Source: an uncultured Planctomycetales bacterium
Lineage (GTDB): Bacteria > Omnitrophota > Gorgyraeia > Gygaellales > Profunditerraquicolaceae
Direction: 5' to 3'
DNA: 64,000 nucleotides
Assembly (NCBI GenBank): GCA_964545575.1
Contig: CAZJFL010000002.1
Location: 59,564-123,563, forward strand
This document shows, in pieces, positions 48,288 through 57,542 of the stretch. The notes beneath the pieces are model-generated. The model was given only the letters and a program-made list of their open reading frames with translations. It did no database searches and was not told the DNA's origin. Made by a program: the position numbers and the translations under genes. Positions within the stretch are counted from its first letter, which is position 1. Each line of letters opens with the position of its first letter.

Positions 48288-49277
48288 TTACTCCTCTTTC
48301 TTCCGGCGCGTCATTAAATCTTTCACTACTTTTTCCGGAGATTTATTTTTATAGAGAACGCCGTAGACTTCCCTGGTAATAGGCATTTCTACTTTATATT
48401 TTAAACTTAACCTATAGGCTGATTGCGTAGTAGGTACCCCCTCTGCTACCATCTGCATATTTCTTTTGACCCCGGCCAAAGATTTACCCTTGCCAATCTG
48501 TTCTCCTACAAACCTGTTTCTGCTATAAGGGCTGATGCAAGTAGTAACTAAATCTCCCAACCCGCTAATGCCGCTAAAGGTGCTGACTTTAGCCCCCATC
48601 GCCCTGCCGAGCCGGGAAATCTCCGCCAGGCCCCTGGATAAGAGAGCGGCTTTAGTGTTGGTGCCGAAACCAAAACCGTCGGATATCCCGCAGGCGATAG
48701 CAATAATATTTTTCAGGCTGCCGCCTAACTCTACCCCGATTACATCATCATTGGTATAAATCCTGAACCTTTCAGTCATAAAAATATCCTGCAGTATTTT
48801 TCTGGTTGCTTTATCATGAGCAGCAACCACGGCGGTAGTAGGTATGCCTTTGGCTACTTCATGGGCTATAGTGGGCCCGGAAAGCACGGCGAATCTTACC
48901 TGTCCTAACTCGCTGTGTATAACCTCGGACATCCTCTTTAAAGTTCCCATCTCGATGCCCTTAGTAACGCTTAAGTATATCGCTCCTTTGGGATACCCGA
49001 GTCTCTTTATCTTTCTTAAGACGCCGCGCATATGTTGCGAAGGCGCGGCAAGAATGACGAGGTCTCTTCCGTCTAATACTTCTTTTAACTTATGGGTAAT
49101 TTTTATCTCTTTGGGTATTTTAATCCCGGGTAAAAACCTGATGTTAATCCTTTTTTTATCGAGATACCCGGCGTAACCGCCGAAAGCCCCCCAGAGCGCG
49201 ACCGGAAAACCCTTATTACTTAAAAGTATTGCCAGGGCCGTGCCCCAACCCCCGTCGCCTAAAACAGCTATTTTCAT
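48288..49277 (-). CDS. gpsA: NAD(P)H-dependent glycerol-3-phosphate dehydrogenase
   Basis: Start trimmed to the internal Met (MKIAVLGDGGWGTALA). The longer track ORF adds a K/R-rich extension that overlaps the upstream gene in another frame. Confidence 0.9.
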   Translation of the reverse strand: MKIAVLGDGGWGTALAILLSNKGFPVALWGAFGGYAGYLDKKRINIRFLPGIKIPKEIKITHKLKEVLDGRDLVILAAPSQHMRGVLRKIKRLGYPKGAIYLSVTKGIEMGTLKRMSEVIHSELGQVRFAVLSGPTIAHEVAKGIPTTAVVAAHDKATRKILQDIFMTERFRIYTNDDVIGVELGGSLKNIIAIACGISDGFGFGTNTKAALLSRGLAEISRLGRAMGAKVSTFSGISGLGDLVTTCISPYSRNRFVGEQIGKGKSLAGVKRNMQMVAEGVPTTQSAYRLSLKYKVEMPITREVYGVLYKNKSPEKVVKDLMTRRKKEE

Positions 49278-49281
49278 CAGC

Positions 49282-49791
49282 TTAAGCCTCTTCCTCTTCT
49301 TCTTCTTTTTCTGCTGCGCTTTCTTCCGGAGCCTCACCCGCCTCCAATTCTCCCTGCGGCTCCTCCTCTTGTTCCTCTTCTGGCTCCAGGCTTTCATTTT
49401 CCATTTTAAGGAAATGTATTTTAGGGTAAATATGCGTCAGGTTCTTTTCTTCGCGGGTCAAAAACTGGATGCCGGCATCGTAACTACCGTCTGCCTTATG
49501 CTCGCTCCTGACCACTTTCCCGATGATTCCGCTTTGATAGATGAAACTTCTTTTTTCCAGGCCCTCGCAGATCAATAACGTTGCCCGGTCAAAGGAAAGC
49601 CAGACTATCTCGCCTTTCTTAGGCTTATATTTTATGTTGCAGAGCAATCCCGCTTCGCTGATGTCAGCGGTGTAGCCTTTCAGGAGTTTAGAAAGAGTTT
49701 TTTTCTTGCATACTTTATAAGCCAGGGGCGTCACATAATCTAACCTGACGAACTTGCGGCGCTCCGACCCTTTGTAAACGGTTTTTTTCAT
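49282..49791 (-). CDS. PilZ domain protein with acidic poly-Glu C-terminal tail
   Basis: 169 aa, SERRKFVR and DISEAGL PilZ motifs. The C-terminus is EEEQEEEPQGELEAGEAPEESAAEKEEEEEEA. Confidence 0.75.
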   Translation of the reverse strand: MKKTVYKGSERRKFVRLDYVTPLAYKVCKKKTLSKLLKGYTADISEAGLLCNIKYKPKKGEIVWLSFDRATLLICEGLEKRSFIYQSGIIGKVVRSEHKADGSYDAGIQFLTREEKNLTHIYPKIHFLKMENESLEPEEEQEEEPQGELEAGEAPEESAAEKEEEEEEA

Positions 49792-49795
49792 CTCT

Positions 49796-50545
49796 TCATC
49801 CTATTCTGATGTTGGGTTTATTAGTCCTAATTTTAGCCAGATCCCAGCTGTAATCATAAAGGTGTAAACCTTTGCTTACGGCGATAATTTCTCCGTCCCC
49901 GACCCCTATCTCATCTGCCATATATTGTTTGACTAATTGCAGCCCGCCCAAATTAGAAGGGAAACCGCCCCAGAGGTCCCAAGAACGAAAGTACAAAATA
50001 AAATGCAACTTACCATAACGCACTCTTGTATCTATGATTCTTAGGCACGGCGGATCGGCCAAAGTAATATCCGAAGGCATGCCGATCTCCATAATCGCTT
50101 GGTTTGTCCCGGACCCCTTCTCTTTGTAAATCTTGATTACTTCTTCTATCTGGTTTACCTCCAAAGGCATCTCCTTGACCATCTCTTTGCCTTGCGCCTT
50201 GTGTTTTATTCTTACTTTCGGGTCTACCAGCCTTTCTCCGTAAGTATAATCTTCGGTTTCCGTTTTTGCCCCGGTCAGGAGATAACTTAAATAACCCTGG
50301 ATATAATTCATATCCGTCGGCGCCGGGATACTCATTCCTTCCGGAATAATAGGAATAATCTGATGCGCGGGCTTTTTTACCCGCACCACGGCAAAATCGA
50401 ATTCCAGGCGCTTCTGCCCTTCGTAGCTGCCGCGGGTTATGGTATAGACGTAGCCTTTTTCCAGTATTCCACAGAGGCACTGAAACCAGGCATCGTCCAG
50501 ATCAAAGGCGTCAATAAAAACAGGTTCTAAAAATTCTCTTTCCAA
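49796..50545 (-). CDS. thyA: Thymidylate synthase family protein (short, divergent ThyA-like)
   Basis: 249 aa. Aligns to the ThyA core: PPCLRIIDTRV / LHFILYFRSWDLWGGFPSNLGGLQLVKQYMA matches PPCHxxFQFYV / LSCQLYQRSxDxFLGVPFNIASYALLxHMxA. Confidence 0.6.
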   Translation of the reverse strand: MEREFLEPVFIDAFDLDDAWFQCLCGILEKGYVYTITRGSYEGQKRLEFDFAVVRVKKPAHQIIPIIPEGMSIPAPTDMNYIQGYLSYLLTGAKTETEDYTYGERLVDPKVRIKHKAQGKEMVKEMPLEVNQIEEVIKIYKEKGSGTNQAIMEIGMPSDITLADPPCLRIIDTRVRYGKLHFILYFRSWDLWGGFPSNLGGLQLVKQYMADEIGVGDGEIIAVSKGLHLYDYSWDLAKIRTNKPNIRIG

Positions 50546-50565
50546 TAAAATCTCCTAAAATTAAG

Positions 50566-50643
50566 TGGTCGGGGAGGTGGGACTTGAACCCACGGCCTTT
50601 TGAACCCCATTCAAACGCGCTAGCCAAACTGCGCTACTCCCCG
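50566..50643 (-). tRNA. tRNA-Pro (anticodon GGG), CCA encoded
   Basis: Manual fold: CGGGGAG acceptor, anticodon loop ATGGGGT, T-loop TTCAAGT, 3' CCA. Confidence 0.78.
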
Positions 50644-50791
50644 GGAAACAATTTATCAAATGTGGTATGCACTCCGCTTAATTCTCCCGCTCTAACTTGT
50701 CGGAGAATTACACCGTGCGAAGCACGGTGCTGCGAAGATGCTTATTTATGTTGCCCCGAGCGAGAGATTAACCTAAAAACATATTCGCTCG

Positions 50792-50856
50792 GTGTAAATT
50801 CGGCCATATAACTTACGTCGCCGCGGCTTGCTACATCGGCTCCGTAAGTTATGGCC
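50792..50856. repeat. Family C hairpin element between tRNA-Pro and tRNA-Tyr
   Basis: GGCCATATAACTTACG-loop-CGTAAGTTATGGCC with the same flanks (TTCGGCC ... CTCAtTTA) as the other copies. Confidence 0.8.
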
Positions 50857-50863
50857 TCATTTA

Positions 50864-50946
50864 TGGGCAGGAGAGGATTCGAACCTCTGAAGCACAAGTG
50901 CAGCAGATTTACAGTCTGCCCCCTTTGGCCACTTGGGTACCTGCCC
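50864..50946 (-). tRNA. tRNA-Tyr (anticodon GTA)
   Basis: Manual fold: GGGCAGG acceptor, GCAGACTGTAAATCTGC anticodon arm, long variable arm, T-loop TTCGAAT. Closely parallels E. coli tRNA-Tyr. Confidence 0.85.
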
Positions 50947-51044
50947 GTTAAGATATCAAAAATCAAAATGCAAATATCAAAGATTATCCCGTGCACTGCA
51001 TGGGATGAATTTAAGCCCAAACGCCAGAGGCGGGCTTAAATTCA

Positions 51045-51117
51045 AGCCGGCGAGAGGAATCGAACCCCCGACCATCTGTTTACAAAACAGACGCTCTACC
51101 AACTGAGCTACGCCGGC
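51045..51117 (-). tRNA. tRNA-Thr (anticodon TGT)
   Basis: Manual fold: GCCGGCG acceptor, anticodon loop TTTGTAA, T-loop TTCGATT. The T-stem has two G-U pairs. Confidence 0.75.
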
Positions 51118-51118
51118 A

Positions 51119-51982
51119 CTAACTACATTTCTTTATCGCCTCTGGGATTTTAGCAATAATATCCGAGGCAATCAAGGAAATTTGCGTCTTCTCTTTAGCT
51201 GCTAAATCGCCGGCTAAACCGTGCAGATAAACCGCATATTTTGCCGCAGCAAACGCAGCCAAGCCCTGCCCTAAAAATGCGGCAATCATTCCGGTTAAAA
51301 CATCTCCGCTTCCTGCCGTGCTCATCCCGGGATTACCGGTCTTATTTATATATAATTTATTTTTATAATCGCTGACTACGGTATGATGCCCTTTCAGGAT
51401 AACGGTTAATTTATAATCCCGAGCAAATTTTTTGGTTATTTTATTTCTGGCGCCCTGAATCTTGGCTATGTTTGTCCCTAACAGCCTTGCCATCTCACCC
51501 GGGTGCGGGGTCAATACAGTTGACAGTTGACAATTGACAATTGACGCTAAGATATCCAAATGGCCGACTAAGGCATTCAATGCGTCAGCATCGATGACTA
51601 ACGGCTTGGCTATTTGCGATATAACCCTGCGTACTAACCCCTGCGTTTGCCGGTTCTGAGAAAGGCCGGGGCCGATTGCCAGAACATCAATATTTTTTGC
51701 AAAGTCTTTTATTCTTTGATAAGCGCCCGGCGCCAATGTCGCTTCTTTTGTCTCGGGAAGCGGCAACGTCATTACCTCCCGAGGCTTAATTCTCATTATC
51801 GCGGTATTCAAACTCTTAGGAATCCCCAACGTCACCAAACCTGCGCCCGTTCGCATAGCTGCCTCTGCGCATAAAACCGCGGCGCCCGAAAAGCGAGCGC
51901 AACCCGCTAAAATAAAAATGTGGCCGAAATCGCCTTTATGGGCGCCGGCTTTTCGGCGTAACAATCGCGAAGGCAGTCGCAT
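51119..51982 (-). CDS. nnrD: ADP-dependent NAD(P)H-hydrate dehydratase (YjeF C-terminal domain family)
   Basis: 287 aa, HKGDFGHIFILAGCARFSGAAVLCAEAAMRTGAGLVT carbohydrate-kinase-like pattern. Confidence 0.85.
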   Translation of the reverse strand: MRLPSRLLRRKAGAHKGDFGHIFILAGCARFSGAAVLCAEAAMRTGAGLVTLGIPKSLNTAIMRIKPREVMTLPLPETKEATLAPGAYQRIKDFAKNIDVLAIGPGLSQNRQTQGLVRRVISQIAKPLVIDADALNALVGHLDILASIVNCQLSTVLTPHPGEMARLLGTNIAKIQGARNKITKKFARDYKLTVILKGHHTVVSDYKNKLYINKTGNPGMSTAGSGDVLTGMIAAFLGQGLAAFAAAKYAVYLHGLAGDLAAKEKTQISLIASDIIAKIPEAIKKCS

Positions 51983-52301
51983 AATTTTTTACGTGAGAAA
52001 TAGAGATATGCACCTCTATTTTTTTACCCCTGCCGTTTAAAATACTGCACCAGGGCTTCCCCTCTTTATCGTTAAGGATCTCGACATCCCTCCAGGACAA
52101 ATCTTTATCTCCCATTGCCTTAAACACCGCCTCTTTTGCGGCAAACCTTCCGGCAAGGTGCTGGTAAAAACTACCGCGGGTTTTTGCGTTCTTAAGTTCT
52201 CCTTCGGTAAAGACGCGCTTGGTGAAACTCTCCCCCCATTTCTCTATTGCCTGCTTCAGGCGCCTGACTTCTGTGATGTCTACACCCGTTCCGATAATCA
52301 T
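51936..52301 (-). CDS. acpS: Holo-[acyl-carrier-protein] synthase
   Basis: 121 aa, IGTGVDITEV...FAAKEA pattern. Confidence 0.9.
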   Translation of the reverse strand: MIIGTGVDITEVRRLKQAIEKWGESFTKRVFTEGELKNAKTRGSFYQHLAGRFAAKEAVFKAMGDKDLSWRDVEILNDKEGKPWCSILNGRGKKIEVHISISHVKNYATAFAIVTPKSRRP

Positions 52302-52302
52302 T

Positions 52303-53016
52303 TTAGGCGATCAGCATTTTCATCTCGTTCACCGCGCGCGCCAACCCCACAAAAAGCGCACGGCAAACTATGGAATATCCGATGTTTAACTCTGTTATGT
52401 TTTTTATTTTGGCGATTCTGGATACGTTGTAATAATTTAAGCCATGCCCGGCGTTTACCGCCAACCCCGCTGCCTTGGCGTATCTGGCAGCGCTCTCTAT
52501 CTCTTTAAAATATTTATTCTCTTCCCCGGCGTTCTTAGCCTCGGCGTAACGCCCGGTATGCAGCTCTATGACCCTGGCGCCTGATTTCTTGGCGGCATCA
52601 ATTTGCTTTTTATCCGGGTCGATAAATAAACTCACCGCAATACCGGAAATTTCTAACTTTCCCACCGTTCTTTTTATTTTAGAGAGATGCCTTGCGACAT
52701 CTAATCCGCCTTCGGTAGTTAGCTCCCGCCTTTTTTCCGGCACTAAAGTTGCCTGGTCCGGCTTAACTTTGCAGGCAATCCCGACGATCTCAGGATGAAC
52801 AGACATCTCCAGGTTTAACCGGGTCCTTACTGCTTTCCTTAGGAGATAAAGGTCGCGCTCTTTAATATGGCGGCGGTCTTCTCTTAAATGGGCAACGATG
52901 CTGTCGGCGCCGCTTTTCTCACAGATCAAAGCGGCAAATACCGGCTGCGGTTCAATTCCCTTGCGCGCCTCTCTTAATGTAGCTACGTGGTCGATATTGA
53001 CGCCTAATTTAGGCAT
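52303..53016 (-). CDS. pdxJ: Pyridoxine 5'-phosphate synthase
   Basis: 237 aa, LGVNIDHVATLR...HLREDRRHI. Confidence 0.93.
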   Translation of the reverse strand: MPKLGVNIDHVATLREARKGIEPQPVFAALICEKSGADSIVAHLREDRRHIKERDLYLLRKAVRTRLNLEMSVHPEIVGIACKVKPDQATLVPEKRRELTTEGGLDVARHLSKIKRTVGKLEISGIAVSLFIDPDKKQIDAAKKSGARVIELHTGRYAEAKNAGEENKYFKEIESAARYAKAAGLAVNAGHGLNYYNVSRIAKIKNITELNIGYSIVCRALFVGLARAVNEMKMLIA

Positions 53017-53040
53017 ATTACAGGATTTCAGCGATTATGC

Positions 53041-54249
53041 TCATGATTTATTTATCTGCTCCGCTACTCTTAACGCCTGTCGTACCGCTTTGACGTCATG
53101 GACCCTGACGATATGCGCTCCGTTTTGCGCCGCTAATACGCAGGCAGAAACCGTGCCGAAAACCCGCTCCTTTGGCGGAGCATTTAAAATCTTGCCGATA
53201 AAGGATTTTCTCGACGGGCCGACCAGTATCGGCATGCCTAAGGCCTTAAAGGCTTTAAGCTTCTTTAATATTTCCAGGTTCTGTTCCGGTAATTTTCCGA
53301 AGCCTATGCCCGGGTCGAGAATGATTTTTGCCTTATCTATGCCGGCAGAAACCGCCTTGCTTATCGCCTGATGGAAATATTCTATAATTTCATCGATTAA
53401 AGATTTATAAACCGGGTTTCTCTGCATGGTGCGCGGATTGCCCTTCATATGCATGATCACTATACCTGCCCTATACTTGGCAACGAGCCTGGTCATGGCA
53501 TTATTTCTTAATCCGGAAATATCGTTCACCATCACTGCCCCGCTATCTAAAGCCTGTTTGGCAACTTCGGGTTTATAGGTGTCTACTGAGATAGGCGCTT
53601 TTATTCTTTTAGACAATAGCTTTATTACGGGCACCACCCTGCTTATCTCTTCTTTTACGCCCACTGCTTTTGCCTGCGGGCGGCTGGATTCGCCTCCTAC
53701 GTCGATAATATCGGCACCGTCTTTAATTAATTGCCCCGCATACTCCAGAATATTAGCCTGGAGCCCGAAGCCCGAAGCCCGAAGTAAACCGTCTCCGCTA
53801 AAAGAATCGGGAGTAATATTCATCACCCCCATAATAGCGGTGCGCTTTGGATTTAAGTTCAACTTGTATCTACCTAAATCAATTCTGAAATTAGCTTTCT
53901 CGTAATTCTCTATTGCGGCTCCCAGCTCTTGAGCCAAAAGGCTCAAACCAAACGGCTGACGGTATAATTTCTGATTCAGGCGGTTAAACTGGGAAAGATT
54001 CCCCATTAACAGGCAGTCTGTTTTTTTGGCCCTGCCGGTCAGGGTATCGCGCGAAACTGCCGCATCAGCCCCCAGAGAAAGCATCTCCTGCTTTAAGATA
54101 TTGGCGGCAATACAGGATAAAGAACCGACTCTTATCAAATGCGTAATCGCCTTAGGGGCCATGATCTTAATGCCGTAAGAGTCGACCCTGATCTGGCGCA
54201 TGATTTGTCTTATCTCTTTAGAATCCGATATGGGTAGGATAGAGAGCAT
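53041..54249 (-). CDS. folP: Dihydropteroate synthase with a ~130 aa N-terminal extension domain
   Basis: C-terminal 270 aa is a pterin-binding DHPS (GVMNITPDSFSGDG...DIIDVGGESSRP). The N-terminal 130 aa is of unassigned function. Confidence 0.85.
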   Translation of the reverse strand: MLSILPISDSKEIRQIMRQIRVDSYGIKIMAPKAITHLIRVGSLSCIAANILKQEMLSLGADAAVSRDTLTGRAKKTDCLLMGNLSQFNRLNQKLYRQPFGLSLLAQELGAAIENYEKANFRIDLGRYKLNLNPKRTAIMGVMNITPDSFSGDGLLRASGFGLQANILEYAGQLIKDGADIIDVGGESSRPQAKAVGVKEEISRVVPVIKLLSKRIKAPISVDTYKPEVAKQALDSGAVMVNDISGLRNNAMTRLVAKYRAGIVIMHMKGNPRTMQRNPVYKSLIDEIIEYFHQAISKAVSAGIDKAKIILDPGIGFGKLPEQNLEILKKLKAFKALGMPILVGPSRKSFIGKILNAPPKERVFGTVSACVLAAQNGAHIVRVHDVKAVRQALRVAEQINKS

Positions 54250-54258
54250 GCTTTATTT

Positions 54259-56130
54259 TTAAGCGGGGTTCCCTTTTTCCAAACCGAGCATCCTCTTTAC
54301 TTCTTCGCCGCTTAAAACTTCCTTCTCCAGCAGCGCATCCGCCAGAATTTTTAATTTTTCCAGGTTTTCCTGGACCAGTTTCCTTGCCCGCTGGTAGCAC
54401 TCGTCAACCATGCGTTTTATTTCTTCGTCGATAATCCTGGCTGTTTCATCGCTGTAATTTCTTTCCTCAATCAGGTCGCGACCTAAAAACACCGGGCCGT
54501 GGCTCCTGCCTAAGGTGATATTGCCTAAACGCTCGCTCATCCCGAAATCACAGACCATCTGCCTGGCCAATGATGTCGCGGTTTCTAAGTCATGCCCTGC
54601 GCCGGTAGTAATATCGCCGAAGTTTAATTCTTCCGACACCCTCCCTCCCAGCAAGACCGAGATATTACCCAAGAGTTCTCTCTTGGCATGGTATTTTTTA
54701 TCTTCCCGCGGAGGAGTAAGGGTATAACCACCTGCCATGCCGCGGGGAATAATGGAAACTTTCGTCACCGGGTCAACCTCCGGAATTAATAATGAGAGTA
54801 TGGCGTGGCCCGCTTCATGGAATGCGGTTAATTCCTTTTCGCGCTTGGTCATGACCTTGCTTTTCTTCTCGGGGCCCATGATGACCCGTTCAATAGCCGC
54901 CTCCAGATCCGATTGTTCAACCGACTCTTTATTGCGCCGGGCAGCCAGAAGCGCGGCTTCGTTGCAGAGGTTTGCTAAATCGGCTCCGGAGAACATCGAG
55001 GTATGCTGGGCAATGATTTTTAAGTTGACGTCAGGGGCTAACTTTATTTTCCGGGTGTGCACTTTCAGTATCGCCTCCCGTCCGGTAATATCGGGAAGAT
55101 TAACCACAATCACCCGGTCAAATCTTCCGGGACGCAAAAGCGCCGGATCCAGTGTATCCGGCCGGTTAGTCGCGGCAATCAGAATCAGGCCCTGCTCGGT
55201 GCCAAACCCGTCCATCTCCACCAGCAGCTGATTCAGTGTCTGTTCACGTTCATCGTGCCCTCCGCCGATACCTGAAAAACGCAGGCGGCCGACGGCGTCT
55301 ATTTCGTCTATAAATATTATCGCACCCTTACCAGAAACTCTGGCGGCCTTGCGGCCCTGCTCAAATAAATCCCGCACGCGCGAGGCGCCGACACCAACGA
55401 ACATTTCCACAAAGTCAGAACCGGAAATGCTGAAAAAAGGAACCCCTGCCTCTCCGGCTACGGCCTTGGCAACCAAGGTCTTACCGCAGCCCGGAGGCCC
55501 GACTAAAAGCACGCCTTTGGGGATCTTCCCCCCGAGCCTTTGAAACCGCTTGGGGTCCTTTAAAAACTCAATTACTTCCTGTAGCTCTTCCTGGGCTTCG
55601 TCTACGCCGGCCACGTCTTGGTGGAAAGTAACTTTTTCCGCTTGCTTATCGCTGTGTATTTTAGGCTGTATCTTGCCGAACCCCATCACCTTGTTTCCTA
55701 ATTGCTCTCCGCGCGCAGCCATCATCCACCAGAAGAAGATTAAAAGTATAACCGGCCCTAAGTTAAATAACAGGTTCGCCCAGAGGGTGCGCGGCGGTTT
55801 AACCTCAAAGCTTTTTAAATTTTTGCGCATCAGGTTAAGCAATTCCTGGTCATTATCCGGGATATTCAAAAAGAACTTGGAATGGTCGATATACTCTCCC
55901 TGCAGGACAGTCTCGATTTTAGTGACGGATTGTATCTTATCGGGGGCGTCCTTAAGTGTCGAGTAAAACTCGCTGTAAGATATTTCTTTAGGGACGCCGG
56001 TTACGGATAGATTAAGCATGCTGAACAAAAAGTAAAAAATAATAATTGCGAATATCCATCCGAAAGGAAACCGCTTAAATATATTGTTTTTTTTCAGGTT
56101 AGGGTTATTTTTGCCGGGCATTTTTACCAT
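54259..56130 (-). CDS. ftsH: ATP-dependent zinc metalloprotease FtsH
   Basis: 623 aa with TM anchor, AAA+ domain (GPPGCGKT) and HEAGHA zinc protease motif. Confidence 0.95.
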   Translation of the reverse strand: MVKMPGKNNPNLKKNNIFKRFPFGWIFAIIIFYFLFSMLNLSVTGVPKEISYSEFYSTLKDAPDKIQSVTKIETVLQGEYIDHSKFFLNIPDNDQELLNLMRKNLKSFEVKPPRTLWANLLFNLGPVILLIFFWWMMAARGEQLGNKVMGFGKIQPKIHSDKQAEKVTFHQDVAGVDEAQEELQEVIEFLKDPKRFQRLGGKIPKGVLLVGPPGCGKTLVAKAVAGEAGVPFFSISGSDFVEMFVGVGASRVRDLFEQGRKAARVSGKGAIIFIDEIDAVGRLRFSGIGGGHDEREQTLNQLLVEMDGFGTEQGLILIAATNRPDTLDPALLRPGRFDRVIVVNLPDITGREAILKVHTRKIKLAPDVNLKIIAQHTSMFSGADLANLCNEAALLAARRNKESVEQSDLEAAIERVIMGPEKKSKVMTKREKELTAFHEAGHAILSLLIPEVDPVTKVSIIPRGMAGGYTLTPPREDKKYHAKRELLGNISVLLGGRVSEELNFGDITTGAGHDLETATSLARQMVCDFGMSERLGNITLGRSHGPVFLGRDLIEERNYSDETARIIDEEIKRMVDECYQRARKLVQENLEKLKILADALLEKEVLSGEEVKRMLGLEKGNPA

Positions 56131-56193
56131 CCTTTATTAGCTATTTTTAGAAATTTTATTATAGCTTTAAATAGTTATAAAATCAAGTGTTTC

Positions 56194-57165
56194 TTAGGGT
56201 TTCCTGCGATAAAAAGAGAGGCTATTTTTACGCTTTACTACCGAGATGCCTTTAGGCAGGTCTACTACGGAGTTTACCGGCCGGCCGGAAACCAGATCTT
56301 CTATTTCCCTGATATGCTGCAGGTTTATGGCGCGGGTATCCCCTTTTAAGCGCCTGATCGCCAGGCGTAAAATCATCCTTTGTATGGCAGGGTGCAATGC
56401 GGAGAATCTCTTCAAATTGATCTTACCCCCTCTGCCTCTTATGTTTCTGGCAGCGAGCTGATTCAGACAGGCATAATCCTGCCCTGCTGTTTCGGCCATA
56501 TTGGCTAAGACTTCTTTCATCTTTTTATTATATCCCTTCTCCAGAAAGGGGATTAATCTATTCCTGATTTTATTTCTGAAATATAAATCTTCTTTGTTGG
56601 AAGCATCCCGGCGCGGCGAAATCCTCTTTTTCTTCAAAAAGGCCTCGATCTGGCGGCGCCTTACTGCCAGCAACGGCCGGATAATTTGATAGCCGTAGAT
56701 ATCCCGCTTAGGCAGCATACCGGACAGGCCGTATAAGCCGGTCCCCCGCAAAATCCGCATCAGCACAGTTTCTGCCTGATCGTCCAGATTATGCCCCAGG
56801 GCAATTTTATCGGCCTTGATTTCCCGGGCGACCCTGAATAAGAAACTCAAGCGCGCATTGCGGGCTATCTCTTCCAGAGACCCGTATTTTACCAACGCCT
56901 TCAGGTTAACCTGCGCAGTGCTGACCGGCAACTTCAATCTTGCGGCTAAACTCTCTACAAAGGCCATATCCCCGAAGGAATCTTTCCTTAACATATGGTC
57001 AAGATGGGCAATGTGCAGCTTAAGCTTCCATTCTTTTTTCAAGCTGTTTAACAAATAAAGCAGGGCTAGGGAATCCGGGCCGCCTGAGACGCCGACAACG
57101 ACGCTCTCGCCCTTCTTAAGAAGCCGGTGTTTCTTAATATACTGGCTTACCTGCTGGAGGATCAT
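56194..57165 (-). CDS. tilS: tRNA(Ile)-lysidine synthetase
   Basis: 323 aa, PP-loop SGGPDS motif. Conserved tilS-ftsH linkage. Confidence 0.9.
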   Translation of the reverse strand: MILQQVSQYIKKHRLLKKGESVVVGVSGGPDSLALLYLLNSLKKEWKLKLHIAHLDHMLRKDSFGDMAFVESLAARLKLPVSTAQVNLKALVKYGSLEEIARNARLSFLFRVAREIKADKIALGHNLDDQAETVLMRILRGTGLYGLSGMLPKRDIYGYQIIRPLLAVRRRQIEAFLKKKRISPRRDASNKEDLYFRNKIRNRLIPFLEKGYNKKMKEVLANMAETAGQDYACLNQLAARNIRGRGGKINLKRFSALHPAIQRMILRLAIRRLKGDTRAINLQHIREIEDLVSGRPVNSVVDLPKGISVVKRKNSLSFYRRKP

Positions 57166-57191
57166 TCTATTTTTTGGCTTAAGCTGTTTTT

Positions 57192-57542
57192 TTACGGGAG
57201 AGTATGCGTGGCCTTATATATATCAACTTGCCTGCTGGTAAAGTTTGCCATCTCATCCTGTTGCCTTTTCAGGTCTTGCTGTTGTCTTCTAAAATCATCA
57301 AAATCTCTTTTTAAGTCCTGCTGCTGCCGGCTGATATCTTCCTGCTTTATCCGGAGCTCTTCATTTTGCCGGTTAAAATCTTGCCGCGGTATTAGAGGCG
57401 CTTGCTGTTGCCTGCTTAGCTCTCCTGCCTGAGGCTGCCACAGGGAATAGCCTTTTGGTTTTACGGTCTTAAAATAAAAGAGCAAAACAAATACTGCGAT
57501 AATAATCAGGTAATAGGTAATTACATATTTTTTTGTATCCAT
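57192..57542 (-). CDS. Membrane-anchored coiled-coil protein (possibly FtsB/DivIC-like)
   Basis: 116 aa with one N-terminal TM helix followed by a Q/R-rich coiled-coil. Position upstream of tilS-ftsH resembles divIC context in Firmicutes. Confidence 0.4.
   Translation of the reverse strand: MDTKKYVITYYLIIIAVFVLLFYFKTVKPKGYSLWQPQAGELSRQQQAPLIPRQDFNRQNEELRIKQEDISRQQQDLKRDFDDFRRQQQDLKRQQDEMANFTSRQVDIYKATHTLP

Noticed and set aside
49278-49397. K/R-rich 40 aa N-terminal extension of the gpsA ORF (MKAWSQKRNKRRSRRENWRRVRLRKKAQQKKKKKRKRLKL)
   Set aside because: The same GA-rich DNA encodes the poly-Glu tail of the upstream PilZ gene in another frame. Canonical GpsA starts at the internal MKIAVLGDGGWG, so the extension is a frame artefact.
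50010-50480. 156 aa R/K-rich minus-strand ORF
   Set aside because: Alternative frame inside the ThyA-like gene, with low-complexity composition.
50742-51039. ORFs 50742-51020 (-) and 50851-51039 (+)
   Set aside because: They overlap tRNA-Tyr, tRNA-Thr and a repeat element.
51010-51045. AAGCCC...GGGCTT hairpin after tRNA-Thr as an intrinsic terminator
   Set aside because: The stem is short and neither strand has a following U-run. It was left unannotated.
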